Source: a virus
Direction: 5' to 3' (one strand)
Length of the DNA stretch: 64,000 nt
Virus record (IMG/VR): IMGVR_UViG_3300002225_000002
Under the pieces are notes generated by a model that was not told where the DNA came from, made no database searches, and saw nothing but the letters and a program-made list of their open reading frames with translations. Within the stretch, counting starts at the first letter, position 1, and every line of letters starts with the position of its first letter. A program made the position numbers and the translations under genes. This document shows positions 1 to 9,524 of the stretch, piece after piece.

Positions 1-2378
1 ACAGTTTTAATATTTAACTCACCGTCATGAGTAGTACTAGTGCCAATTTGCAATCTAGAACCAGATGTTCTATTAAAGTCTAAAGTGAATAATCCAGTAG
101 CATTTATGCTATTAGTTCCTGTGAAATTAACAGCTCCATTTAGATTAGTCGTATCACTAAATGTGTTAGTGTTAGTGAATGTGTTGGCATCTGCTAATAT
201 AGCTACACCAGTAGGCACATTATTAGAAATTTCAGTATCGACATACAGTTTAGTTGCTGGACTAGCGTTAACAGAAGGAACCGCAACCGTCATGGGAACA
301 GATGTAAAATCTTGTGCCCCAGCAGTATAAGTATTTGCCGCATTAGTGAATGCAACATCCGAAGGCACATTACCAGCAATCTCATCATCAACATATTTTT
401 TAGTCGCGGCATGACCATCTACTGTCGGCGCTGGAACTAAAATATCTGCTGTGAAAGTATTCGTATTAGTAAATGTATTAATACCTGGTTGTGTAGCTAC
501 TATAACACCGCCATCAATAATAATGTTATTGATTATTGTAGTTTCACCTTTACTAATTAACGCCCACCCAACAGTACCGCCGACGAAAAAGAATTCCACT
601 GAAAGACCAAGTTGGTTTAAAAGAATATCATCAGTTGCTCCGTTAATAAGTTCTCCGTTCCTTAACACTGTGACAGGGTTAGTGTCATATGTTGGGTGGA
701 GAGGTGCAATAGACACTTTATCATTTATTTGCGGCGTAGCAGGTAATGTGATGTCGAAACTACCAAGCGTACTATCTGCCAATAATCTTTCTTTAGCTTC
801 GGCTGTATAGTTAGCAGTAATAACTTCCCATGGCTCATCATCGATGACACCGTTAAGAATTATACTTCCGTGATTGTCCACACCGTTAGCAGAAATATCA
901 GTTACGACAATGATGCCGTTTTGGTAAGCAACAGTTACGTTATGGCTATGTCCAGCATTAGTACTAGAAGGAACCACTACACTGCCTATTGTCCCTTCAA
1001 TTAAATCTGAAATTTGTTCAAATGTAACTGTGGCACTATGAGTATGTCCAATTCCTGTATCCGTTAGTTCTATATAAATACTAACGCCGCTATCATCGAT
1101 GTTATTAATAATACCAACATCGCCTTGATTTATTACAGCCCAACCAACAGTCGGATTAACATAAAATAATTCTATAGATGCGCCTAATTGATTTACCAAT
1201 AGATCAGTTCCAGAACCCATGATATTCTCACCAGAACCTAATACGGTTAAAGGATTAACATCATACGTAGGATATAGAGGAACAATGGTAACTCTATCAT
1301 TAACAGATGGACCTGATGGTAATGCAATATCGAAACTTCCAGACGTCGTGTTGGCTAAATATCTTGCGCCATCAAATGCAGTAGCATTAGCACTAACAAC
1401 AACCCAAGGAAGTAATGGGTCACCGCCGCCGCCGCTTCCGCCACCTAAAGGCCAAGGTTCATACCAAGTTTGAGGCACAGGATTATCATCACCTTTATAA
1501 AGGATGTAATTAGTATACGTCTTACCGTCATACTCACCTTCTAGGGAAACTTCTTTTATCATACCAGCTTGCGTTAAACCAGTAGGAGGAAAACCTAAAT
1601 TAGGGTCCCACTCTCCAGAAACTTGATGTATAGGAAAGGAGTCATTAGGGCCTGTTGGACCGGCGTGAGGTAGACCTAGATCTTTAATCCACGTATCGGC
1701 TGCAACGTCCATTTTTTGATATCTACTTCTGTAACCTTCACTAATAACATCAGTGTCTATGTAGTAATCACCTAGGTCAGCGCCATTAACTTCTGCGTCA
1801 ATAGATAAGTTAGGATCTCCGTCACCAGAAAACATTTTCTGTCCGTTTAACACCGAAGTAACGTCAACACCTTTTGGTCCTACGTAACGGTAAGCTTTAA
1901 CCCATATCTCAGATAACCCAGCAGGGACATTATTAGGGAAATAAAGAACACCAGCTACGTAATCGAAATTCCATTCTTCATCAGGTGTGCTCTGATTTAA
2001 TTGATCACCCGTTCCACTAGGATTACCATCGTACACTTCAACAAGATATTCAGGACTGAAAGTCGTGTCTATCCAGTCGCCTATTAGCGTAGTTGGGTTG
2101 CCCACAGAAGAAGCAGTTAGCCATGTTTTGTTTCCAGTAACAGATGAATCAACTGTACACTGTAAAGTAATATATTCAGACGTGCCGCCAAGACCAGCAC
2201 CTAAAGTAGGAGGAACCGGAATCAATTCAGATTCCTTCCACACATCTTTAGAGTAGGTAGCGACTGGACTAGCAATTACTTCGTTATAACCTTCTTTGCC
2301 TTCGATATCAGTTTCGGTCTTTCCGAAATTAATCTTTTTCCAAAGAATGTCTACTTTTTGAGAATCATTTATTGCCAT
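1..2378 (-). CDS. Tail fibre / fibre-like virion protein, C-terminus runs off the left edge (not in ORF track)
   Basis: Hand translation from ATG 2378 (MAINDSQKVDILWKK...) is open to position 1 (>790 aa). Two 96-aa repeats (PW.V..AN.TA....L.....GSFDI.LP..P...D.V.I.PL.PTYD.NP.TV...GW), HxH motifs and fibre-shaft motifs HAATKKYVD / PATKLYVD. Confidence 0.7.
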   Translation of the reverse strand, partial: MAINDSQKVDILWKKINFGKTETDIEGKEGYNEVIASPVATYSKDVWKESELIPVPPTLGAGLGGTSEYITLQCTVDSSVTGNKTWLTASSVGNPTTLIGDWIDTTFSPEYLVEVYDGNPSGTGDQLNQSTPDEEWNFDYVAGVLYFPNNVPAGLSEIWVKAYRYVGPKGVDVTSVLNGQKMFSGDGDPNLSIDAEVNGADLGDYYIDTDVISEGYRSRYQKMDVAADTWIKDLGLPHAGPTGPNDSFPIHQVSGEWDPNLGFPPTGLTQAGMIKEVSLEGEYDGKTYTNYILYKGDDNPVPQTWYEPWPLGGGSGGGGDPLLPWVVVSANATAFDGARYLANTTSGSFDIALPSGPSVNDRVTIVPLYPTYDVNPLTVLGSGENIMGSGTDLLVNQLGASIELFYVNPTVGWAVINQGDVGIINNIDDSGVSIYIELTDTGIGHTHSATVTFEQISDLIEGTIGSVVVPSSTNAGHSHNVTVAYQNGIIVVTDISANGVDNHGSIILNGVIDDEPWEVITANYTAEAKERLLADSTLGSFDITLPATPQINDKVSIAPLHPTYDTNPVTVLRNGELINGATDDILLNQLGLSVEFFFVGGTVGWALISKGETTIINNIIIDGGVIVATQPGINTFTNTNTFTADILVPAPTVDGHAATKKYVDDEIAGNVPSDVAFTNAANTYTAGAQDFTSVPMTVAVPSVNASPATKLYVDTEISNNVPTGVAILADANTFTNTNTFSDTTNLNGAVNFTGTNSINATGLFTLDFNRTSGSRLQIGTSTTHDGELNIKT

Positions 2379-2387
2379 TACTTATCC

Positions 2388-4118
2388 TTAGCCGAATGAA
2401 AGACTTGTGATTGACTGTCCAGCAGACAGTTTCAATCTAACATATATATTTTTAGGTGTTACCGAGTCAGTACCGTTTGAATTCTTAGAGGTGTTTGCTG
2501 TACCGAACGTCATCACGTATGATCCACTCGTTCCAGTAGGTACTAAACCCTCAGCACAACCAGCTGACGCTCCTGCTCTAGCAGGCAAACCAGATCCGTT
2601 GTATGCTACAAAACCATCCCACCACGTTCCGTTAATGGAATTTGGACAAATAGCTATATCTTCTGAATAGTCCTCTAAACCTATCCATAGACCAGAATAC
2701 GTACCTTGAATATTTATCGTAATATTACTCAAAGACTCTTCGCTTAATACAATATCTATATATTGCGAGTCAGCCTTCTTATTTGTATAATCTGGTCCTG
2801 CTGGCATGAAACCAGCCGTGTAATCTCTAACATCGTGCTTTAGTGTTCCACCTACTACTGCAGCTTCAGACGTATAAGATACATCGTTTAATAATTGAGT
2901 AGAATTAAACACTGTAGGCGTAGCAGGTAAGTTTACTGCTGGAGCATCAACTAACGTGGCACCTAAACCTAAATCAACACGGTACGCATTGCTAGTTGGT
3001 GCTACGATTGCAGATTCATCCACATTAGAAGTAACGCCGTCCATGTATAAAACATTAATGGCCGTAACATCTACGTAGTTTCCGTATCCGTTCGTATTTC
3101 TAACTCTAAATCTCAAATTATCTTCTGCGTGAGAATTAACTTCGTCTAATGTAATATCATACGACACTAATTGTCCGGTAGTACCAACACTCAGCGGAGT
3201 TGCAATTCCTAGAGACGTATAATCAACAGTAGGTTCTCCGTTCGTAAGAGTTCCGCCAATGGAAGAAATCTCTAAAGGATCACTACTAGTATACGTGTAA
3301 CCGGATAGGTCATTTATAGTTGCACCGGCCATTAACAAAACAGCTCCAGTTTGGTAATGATTAATACCTGAACTAAGTGCTAACGTTCCAGCTATACTTT
3401 CACTTAATGCACCACTAGTGAAGGAAGCAGTGTTTGTTAAGTTGTCCTTAATTACGTAAAATTCATCAGATATGTGAGGTAATACGTCGGCGTCTACATA
3501 AGTCAAAGAATACCTATTCCAACCGTCAAGTGCCGGTGCGTCGTTTACCTTCGCATCAAATGATTGATGGAAATTAGGCTGAGAAATAGGGAACCAGTTA
3601 TTATTAGTAACTTCTATGCTTCCGCTATTAATTGAATCACCAGTGTTAGTGGTAAAGAACAATTCTCCACCCTTTATGTTATTGTAAGACACGTATATGC
3701 TTCCTGTGTCTCCGTAGCCGCTCTCTACTAACGTATTTGAGTCAACTATGGCCGATGTACCTCTATAAGGAGAAGCATCGCCTCCGGCCACTACAGAAGG
3801 CAGAGTGCCACCGCTTGTATTATCTGGAATAGCTCCAGAACACAATAACGGCGTTAAACCGACTGTGTACCCACTTTCCACTAGTGTTCCGTTAGGGAAT
3901 AATGTAGGGGCCGCTGGAACTAGCTTCAACATAAACTCATTGATTTTGTCGATAGCATTAGATACCGACATATTCTCATCTAACGGAATCGCACCGTCAT
4001 CTAAGCTTCCATCACCGTCACCAGTGTTGGGGTCGCCTATTGGAAGCAAGAAGCCCGTTACCGGATCTGGTGCTCCCGATGTACTAATTATTACACCGTT
4101 ACCTAATTTAAGTCCCAT
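2388..4118 (-). CDS. Virion structural protein (tail/baseplate-associated), 576 aa
   Basis: G/S/T/D-rich beta-type composition; directly upstream of the fibre gene. Confidence 0.5.
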   Translation of the reverse strand: MGLKLGNGVIISTSGAPDPVTGFLLPIGDPNTGDGDGSLDDGAIPLDENMSVSNAIDKINEFMLKLVPAAPTLFPNGTLVESGYTVGLTPLLCSGAIPDNTSGGTLPSVVAGGDASPYRGTSAIVDSNTLVESGYGDTGSIYVSYNNIKGGELFFTTNTGDSINSGSIEVTNNNWFPISQPNFHQSFDAKVNDAPALDGWNRYSLTYVDADVLPHISDEFYVIKDNLTNTASFTSGALSESIAGTLALSSGINHYQTGAVLLMAGATINDLSGYTYTSSDPLEISSIGGTLTNGEPTVDYTSLGIATPLSVGTTGQLVSYDITLDEVNSHAEDNLRFRVRNTNGYGNYVDVTAINVLYMDGVTSNVDESAIVAPTSNAYRVDLGLGATLVDAPAVNLPATPTVFNSTQLLNDVSYTSEAAVVGGTLKHDVRDYTAGFMPAGPDYTNKKADSQYIDIVLSEESLSNITINIQGTYSGLWIGLEDYSEDIAICPNSINGTWWDGFVAYNGSGLPARAGASAGCAEGLVPTGTSGSYVMTFGTANTSKNSNGTDSVTPKNIYVRLKLSAGQSITSLSFG

Positions 4119-4119
4119 C

Positions 4120-4893
4120 TTATACCCTCACTATAACCACGTTGCCACTAACGTTATGTTTCAGGGCAACACACTCTCTTAAATTTATTATTTCCCAATC
4201 AAGGCCTAGTGCCTTTTTCAGTATTTTACATTCATATGATTCTGTAAAGTCCATAGGGATGTGATCGTAAGCTTCAGATATAACCGTCTCAGTATCACAA
4301 TCCATGACATCCATATAAATACCACTTAATTTTATCTTTCCATCAACAGCTTCTGCTATCATACTGTTAGTGTTGAATAGGGACATAGCCTCTTCAACTT
4401 CGTCGTAATCCATATCTTCCATGTCTTCACCTTCGGAATCTTGCTCTTCTGCCATATCTGGGCTATTGTCTTCGTCATCGTCAGTCATGACCGGAGTCAT
4501 ATCTGCGACATACACACTAGTCTCAAGCTGCTCATCACCTAAAGGGATTTCATTCTCTGCCGACCTAGTCGTAACCATCCAATCCATCTTACCGGCAAGG
4601 TTTTCTACCTCTTCAGTGATACCATATAGTTTCTGGAAGAAATCAGGTGCACGTTTAAGTTCAACGAAAACCATATAGTGTCCGTCTTCAGTAGGATTAG
4701 GGCTTACATCGACATCTAAGATATCTATTGAGCTTTTCTCAATAAAGTCATCCAAGTCTTTAGCTGCGTCCTCTTCGATGGCATAATAGGCAACGACAAT
4801 CACTTCTTCGTTACCGCCAGTCTTAGATTCATACTCATCGACTGAAATCATTGGCATTATGCATCTTTTCAAATCACCATGTTTTAAACTCAC
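4120..4893 (-). CDS. Hypothetical acidic protein, 257 aa
   Basis: Long ORF, ATGA overlap with upstream gene, D/E-rich linker. Confidence 0.6.
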   Translation of the reverse strand: MSLKHGDLKRCIMPMISVDEYESKTGGNEEVIVVAYYAIEEDAAKDLDDFIEKSSIDILDVDVSPNPTEDGHYMVFVELKRAPDFFQKLYGITEEVENLAGKMDWMVTTRSAENEIPLGDEQLETSVYVADMTPVMTDDDEDNSPDMAEEQDSEGEDMEDMDYDEVEEAMSLFNTNSMIAEAVDGKIKLSGIYMDVMDCDTETVISEAYDHIPMDFTESYECKILKKALGLDWEIINLRECVALKHNVSGNVVIVRV

Positions 4894-5462
4894 ATTTCTT
4901 CTCCCATATCTTCACCTTCCATACCGTCCATTCCTTCCATGCCGCCTTCACCCATATCTTCTACGGATTCAACGTTTGCATCATATGCATCGGATATATC
5001 GGTGGTATCGACATCAAGGCTATTTTCGTCGCCATTAGAATTGATTATGTCAAGAAGGCGCTCATCTAAGAATCTCTTAGGCATGCAGATACTAACGATC
5101 CACACTTTATGAGTCTTAATCTTGGCTTTCTTTTGTTCGAAGTTGCTGTAGCTGTGTCTACCAGTTATTTTCACTGGGACTTTAAAGTTATCTTTACGAT
5201 ATGTGACTTTACAACCCAATTTGGTCAATCTCATGCCGCCCATAGGGTCTGGCATCATGTTGTATGGGAACATAAAATCAACAGTCACCCAGAATCTCTC
5301 GATATCGGGTCCTTGAACTATCTCACCGTCCATCCAGTTTTTATATGCGTATACATTTGCATTATCCATGGTTCTTTCGAATTCCATGAGCAAATCAAGC
5401 ACATTAACATTGGAGTTTAGATATGATAATTTGTTTTTTACGTCGTTTAAGTGTCTGGACAT
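4890..5462 (-). CDS. Hypothetical protein, 190 aa, probably late
   Basis: Preceded by GATAAATA; acidic M/G/E-rich tail. Confidence 0.6.
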   Translation of the reverse strand: MSRHLNDVKNKLSYLNSNVNVLDLLMEFERTMDNANVYAYKNWMDGEIVQGPDIERFWVTVDFMFPYNMMPDPMGGMRLTKLGCKVTYRKDNFKVPVKITGRHSYSNFEQKKAKIKTHKVWIVSICMPKRFLDERLLDIINSNGDENSLDVDTTDISDAYDANVESVEDMGEGGMEGMDGMEGEDMGEEM

Positions 5463-5488
5463 CTAAAATATACCTGCTTATTTCTATC

Positions 5489-5496
5489 TATTTATC
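5489..5496 (-). promoter_or_regulatory. T4-late-like promoter GATAAATA
   Basis: Plus-strand TATTTATC, 26 nt upstream of the ATG at 5462; motif recurs upstream of many structural genes. Confidence 0.55.
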
Positions 5497-5560
5497 AAAA
5501 AATTGTGAGGAATAAGTCATTCTTTATCTGACACGTATTAAGGGATTTATGTCAAAATCT

Positions 5561-5568
5561 TATAAATA
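5561..5568 (+). promoter_or_regulatory. T4-late consensus promoter TATAAATA upstream of phoH
   Basis: Exact TATAAATA in the intergenic gap, oriented toward the plus-strand phoH. Confidence 0.5.
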
Positions 5569-5673
5569 ATTACATATGATATGTAAAACACTACGTACAC
5601 AGTCCCCACCCACCACTGTCGCCTTGAGCGGCATAGAAGCTTTCGCTTCAAATAAAATACAAAAGGAAATACC

Positions 5674-6423
5674 ATGAGCAAACATAAACCTCGCTCCAAG
5701 AGAAGTAACTCGCGTAACGAAAATGTTGTCGAAATCGATAAACAGCGTGAACGTGAATTCACACCCAAGAAAGCTAGGAAGAAGGATGTCCAGATCATCC
5801 CTAGGAATACAGCCCAAGAAGACTATGTGTTAAATCTAGAAGATGAGTCTAAAAAGATAATTTTTGCAGTTGGACCAGCAGGTACAGGCAAAACTTACAT
5901 GGGTGCCCTATTAGCCGTTAGAGAACTATTAGCAGGCAATATTGAGAGAGTAGTAATAACTAGACCAGCAGTTGGTACAGACGGAGAGAAGCACGGTTTC
6001 TTACCTGGAGATATCAACTCTAAGATGGAACCTTGGCTTATGCCTATCTTGGATGTGTTTAATGATTACTTTACACCGGACCAAGTTAAGGCTATGATGG
6101 CAGATAGAGTAATTGAAATTATCCCTATCGCATTTATGAGGGGTAGATCTTTATCCAATTGTTTAATTCTTGCAGATGAATTTCAGAATACTACTGAGAG
6201 TCAAGCTAAATGTGTATTGACACGTATTGGCGAAGGAAGTAGACTGATTGTCACAGGTGACCTTAACCAGTCTGACTTCACTAAGAAGAATGGTCTATTA
6301 GACTTTACCCAACGATTGACTGACACAGGCAGCGACATGGTCGCAGTATGTAAGTTTGATAAGTCGCACGTTGAGAGATCTGAAATAGTTTCAGAAGTTC
6401 TAAGAGTTTACGGCGAAGACTAA
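5674..6423 (+). CDS. phoH: PhoH-like ATPase
   Basis: Walker A GPAGTGKT, ITRPAV, GFLPGD, AFMRGRSL, ADEFQN, TGDLNQSD; SD AAGGA. Confidence 0.95.
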   Translation: MSKHKPRSKRSNSRNENVVEIDKQREREFTPKKARKKDVQIIPRNTAQEDYVLNLEDESKKIIFAVGPAGTGKTYMGALLAVRELLAGNIERVVITRPAVGTDGEKHGFLPGDINSKMEPWLMPILDVFNDYFTPDQVKAMMADRVIEIIPIAFMRGRSLSNCLILADEFQNTTESQAKCVLTRIGEGSRLIVTGDLNQSDFTKKNGLLDFTQRLTDTGSDMVAVCKFDKSHVERSEIVSEVLRVYGED

Positions 6424-7028
6424 TAGTAGTATTGAGCCATATCATATATCTCTTTCCAAGGGTTCTCATTTGAGACCCTTGGTACTTCCAATTTACTATG
6501 AGCATTTTCAGGATGCATTATCAAGATAGGGAATAATCCCAAATTCAGTCCGACTTCAGCATTCTTAGGACAATCTTCAATCCACATATACTTTTCATCT
6601 TTCCAACGCTTCAATATTTGACTCTTATCGCCAAACACTGGTATGCAATTAACCGAAGAGAAAGTATCTTCGCCAAATAACATCTCAAGGTTGTGGATTC
6701 TATTAGCCACAGTGGTCTTATGAGTGCCTATGCTTGTAACCGCATGAAACTCAAAGCCTTCGTCCTTCAAGCGCCCCACGTACTCCTGAGAGTCCTTAAA
6801 AGGGGATAATGTCTTGATACTGTCCGTAAGGTTAAATTCCGCAACTAACTCTTCTGCGTGATCGAAGTCGATGTTATACTTATCATTCACAAAAAAGTGT
6901 TGGTGGTGATCATCGACTCTAGCATGTCCAAGTTCATCCATGTAGCCATGAAATGAATGTATCCATGAGGTTAGACAATGATCAACGTCAGTTAGGATTA
7001 TCTTACTTTCAGGAGGCTGATTCATCAT
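6420..7028 (-). CDS. HAD-superfamily 5'(3')-deoxyribonucleotidase-like phosphatase
   Basis: Motif I LTDVDHCL, FHAVTS, WIEDCPKN. Confidence 0.75.
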   Translation of the reverse strand: MMNQPPESKIILTDVDHCLTSWIHSFHGYMDELGHARVDDHHQHFFVNDKYNIDFDHAEELVAEFNLTDSIKTLSPFKDSQEYVGRLKDEGFEFHAVTSIGTHKTTVANRIHNLEMLFGEDTFSSVNCIPVFGDKSQILKRWKDEKYMWIEDCPKNAEVGLNLGLFPILIMHPENAHSKLEVPRVSNENPWKEIYDMAQYYY

Positions 7029-7263
7029 CAGTACCTCGGTTGAATTTACCCATCATCATATTCACGCTATCTTCACACGCTGATAAATACGCTAATGGTA
7101 TCGCTGACGCTAACAAGCAAGAACCAAGAATGGTTAGGCCCGTTAAACGACATGCAGTCTTACTACATGCCACGGTATCGTCGTATAATTCTTTATATCC
7201 ATTTTTATCTTTCATAAATTCCTCTATAATATAAACAGTTTCGCTATTGTACCACTCAAACAT
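7009..7263 (-). CDS. Hypothetical small membrane protein (start may be downstream MKDKNG)
   Basis: One hydrophobic segment; fills the gap in the operon. Confidence 0.45.
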   Translation of the reverse strand: MFEWYNSETVYIIEEFMKDKNGYKELYDDTVACSKTACRLTGLTILGSCLLASAIPLAYLSACEDSVNMMMGKFNRGTDDESAS

Positions 7264-8153
7264 ATTTCTGGATCACCAGAACCTGCGTGGTCAACTAAGC
7301 CTTCTTTGATTGCATATAAACATTCACATTCATGCGTAACATCTCTCGCAATCATGGACACGTTCTCATATAAGAACCTATATGCACTTACGTACTGGTC
7401 TGGGCTTATGCCTTTGCATACTAATGTTCTAGCATCACTGATTTGGCCTTTCTTGAACAAAGATATCATTTCTAAGAAAATTTCTTTCTCACTTCCGCTC
7501 TCATCGTCCGAGAATGGCAGTATTTTACCACCAACACAACTTAATTGCAACTTATTAATGCATTTACGTAAATCGGGGTATGTGTGCTTAACGTATTCGT
7601 TCAGGTTTTCTAAGTCTTCTTCACCAAAATGTATACCTTCCGTCAAAAGTACAGAAGCAGCTCTGGCTGTAAACTCAGTGACATCTAGCGCATCAATAGT
7701 GATAGGTGGGCACCTACTCACAATCGGCTCCATAAGCTTCCCTACGAAGTTACACGTTAATATGAACCTAGTTGTATCCGCGAAGTCTTGCATGACCCCA
7801 CGAAGTGCTGCTTGGCCATTATGGGTCACATAGTCTGCTTCGTCTAGAAGCACATACTTATAATCACCAAAAGGCATAGTTTCAGCAAACCCAACAACTT
7901 GATTCCTGATGTGATCGACACCATTATCAATCGACGCATTGATATATAAAATATCACACTCGTCAACTTCTAACTCTTTAAGGATAAGGAAAGCTAAAGT
8001 AGTTTTCCCTGTCCCTGCCGGTCCACAAAACGTTACGTGAGGAAGAACACCGTCTTCAATCCATTGTTTGACTCTAAGCTTGAGACCTTCATCCTTGAAG
8101 ACATAACCTTCTATGTCATCTGGTCTGTAATGTTCGCTCCAAATTTCTTTCAC
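7224..8153 (-). CDS. Clamp loader ATPase subunit (T4 gp44 / RFC small subunit-like)
   Basis: WSEHYRP, Walker A GPAGTGKTT, NASIDNG, Walker B LLDEAD, TRFILTCN, SRC motif. Confidence 0.92.
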   Translation of the reverse strand: MKEIWSEHYRPDDIEGYVFKDEGLKLRVKQWIEDGVLPHVTFCGPAGTGKTTLAFLILKELEVDECDILYINASIDNGVDHIRNQVVGFAETMPFGDYKYVLLDEADYVTHNGQAALRGVMQDFADTTRFILTCNFVGKLMEPIVSRCPPITIDALDVTEFTARAASVLLTEGIHFGEEDLENLNEYVKHTYPDLRKCINKLQLSCVGGKILPFSDDESGSEKEIFLEMISLFKKGQISDARTLVCKGISPDQYVSAYRFLYENVSMIARDVTHECECLYAIKEGLVDHAGSGDPEICLSGTIAKLFIL

Positions 8154-8155
8154 TT

Positions 8156-8506
8156 TTAAAACCTACGTAATTTTCCGTGTTCAGTCGAATTCATAACCAT
8201 GTCGTCTTCTGGCTCATCTTCACTCACCAATAGCACACTCTCTGGGTACTCAATCGCTCTAAGTTCATCGCCTTCTAAACCTCTGGCTTTGATCTCCCTT
8301 GTCCATCTACCGTGATCTACCAAAACCCAATCGCCTTCTTTAAGCAACTCGACTTCTGGACCAATATATTTCACTTTGGCCCATCTTGGTCTAACACCGT
8401 GTTCTTTACCGTCGTCGTTGGCAATTATAATTCTACCAACTTTCCTTTCTCCGCTCTTCATAGATTCTACTAGGACAGTAGAGCCTAATGGCTTAAATTC
8501 ACTCAT
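8156..8506 (-). CDS. Divergent GroES/Cpn10-like co-chaperonin
   Basis: KPLGSTVLV...GRIII...WAKVKYIGPEV...GDWVLV, a Cpn10 pattern; start moved to MSEFK. Confidence 0.7.
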   Translation of the reverse strand: MSEFKPLGSTVLVESMKSGERKVGRIIIANDDGKEHGVRPRWAKVKYIGPEVELLKEGDWVLVDHGRWTREIKARGLEGDELRAIEYPESVLLVSEDEPEDDMVMNSTEHGKLRRF

Positions 8507-8768
8507 CCTTGGCCTCTTGTAATAATTGTTCGGCATTTTCTACCATGTATTCAGTTATACCAATGAAACCTTTCTCTTCAGACTCATTGCCAAACCCACG
8601 GAATCTAACTCTTGCTGGGTAGGCACCTGTTACGGCACCATCTGCATCAACATCGACAACTATAGCCCAACCAAAGACATGTAGAAGTCTATTGGCGAAC
8701 CATAGCATTTTAGAATTTCTAAACTCGTCCCACGTGCTTCGAGTTACCATTTCTTTATCGTCACTCAT
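8499..8768 (-). CDS. Hypothetical protein, 89 aa
   Basis: SD-preceded ORF between the two GroES genes. Confidence 0.6.
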   Translation of the reverse strand: MSDDKEMVTRSTWDEFRNSKMLWFANRLLHVFGWAIVVDVDADGAVTGAYPARVRFRGFGNESEEKGFIGITEYMVENAEQLLQEAKDE

Positions 8769-8770
8769 GA

Positions 8771-9064
8771 CTATTCTTTATCGATGATGCATTGAACTTC
8801 TTCTTCTTTCATCAAGAGAAGCTTCTCACCATCAACGTTCATTAGATACCCAGCGTCTTTTTCAAACATCACAGTGTCACCTATTTGAACAGTTAGGGGT
8901 TTAATACCACCATCTTTCAATTTGATTCCTGCGCCTACTTGAACGACTTCGCCGAGTTTAGATTTTTCATTATTCTTAGGCAAAAAGATACCAGCAGACG
9001 TTTTTTCAAGTGTCGCTTCTGCTTTTACTAGAATCTTATCGTATAGGGGTCTTTTACTACTCAT
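8771..9064 (-). CDS. groES: Co-chaperonin GroES (canonical type)
   Basis: RPLYDKILV, mobile loop KTSAGIFLP, GEVVQVGAG, PLTVQIGDTVMF, DGEKLLLMKEEEV. Confidence 0.92.
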   Translation of the reverse strand: MSSKRPLYDKILVKAEATLEKTSAGIFLPKNNEKSKLGEVVQVGAGIKLKDGGIKPLTVQIGDTVMFEKDAGYLMNVDGEKLLLMKEEEVQCIIDKE

Positions 9065-9105
9065 CTTTGTCTACGCTCTGTATGTGTGTTGGGTCAACCT
9101 CTGTA

Positions 9106-9498
9106 CTAGAGGTCGTTCCCTTCGTCGTTTTCTGGGTCGAGGACTTCAATCGAGCCATCTGGCAGTTCCTTCTCGATAACCGCTTTTTTCCCTTGGTTGG
9201 ACTTCTTCTCATTCTTCTTAGCCTTGGCTTTCACGGTTGTTTTAGCATCTTCTTCAAGATTTACGTCTACTTCATCAGTACCTTTAACACTCACTGTTTT
9301 TCTTGTGGTATTAGGGTTTGAAGTGTAGTAATCTTTGACGCGTTCACTGGAAGTCTTAACAACTTCACCGCCCTTACCAAGTTTATCACCACCGGCATTA
9401 ACACCCATATTACCCAAAGCTACTTTATCTTTGTGTTTGGCTGCTAACGCTTCCATATCAATAGGCCTTCCGTTGGCCGTTTTTCTTATGTTGCTCAT
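9106..9498 (-). CDS. Hypothetical protein, 130 aa
   Basis: SD AAGGAG; RKTANGRPIDM...ALGNMGVNAGGD N-terminal domain plus charged tail. Confidence 0.65.
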   Translation of the reverse strand: MSNIRKTANGRPIDMEALAAKHKDKVALGNMGVNAGGDKLGKGGEVVKTSSERVKDYYTSNPNTTRKTVSVKGTDEVDVNLEEDAKTTVKAKAKKNEKKSNQGKKAVIEKELPDGSIEVLDPENDEGNDL

Positions 9499-9524
9499 AA
9501 AAACTCCTTTGTTTTAGTGTGTTG

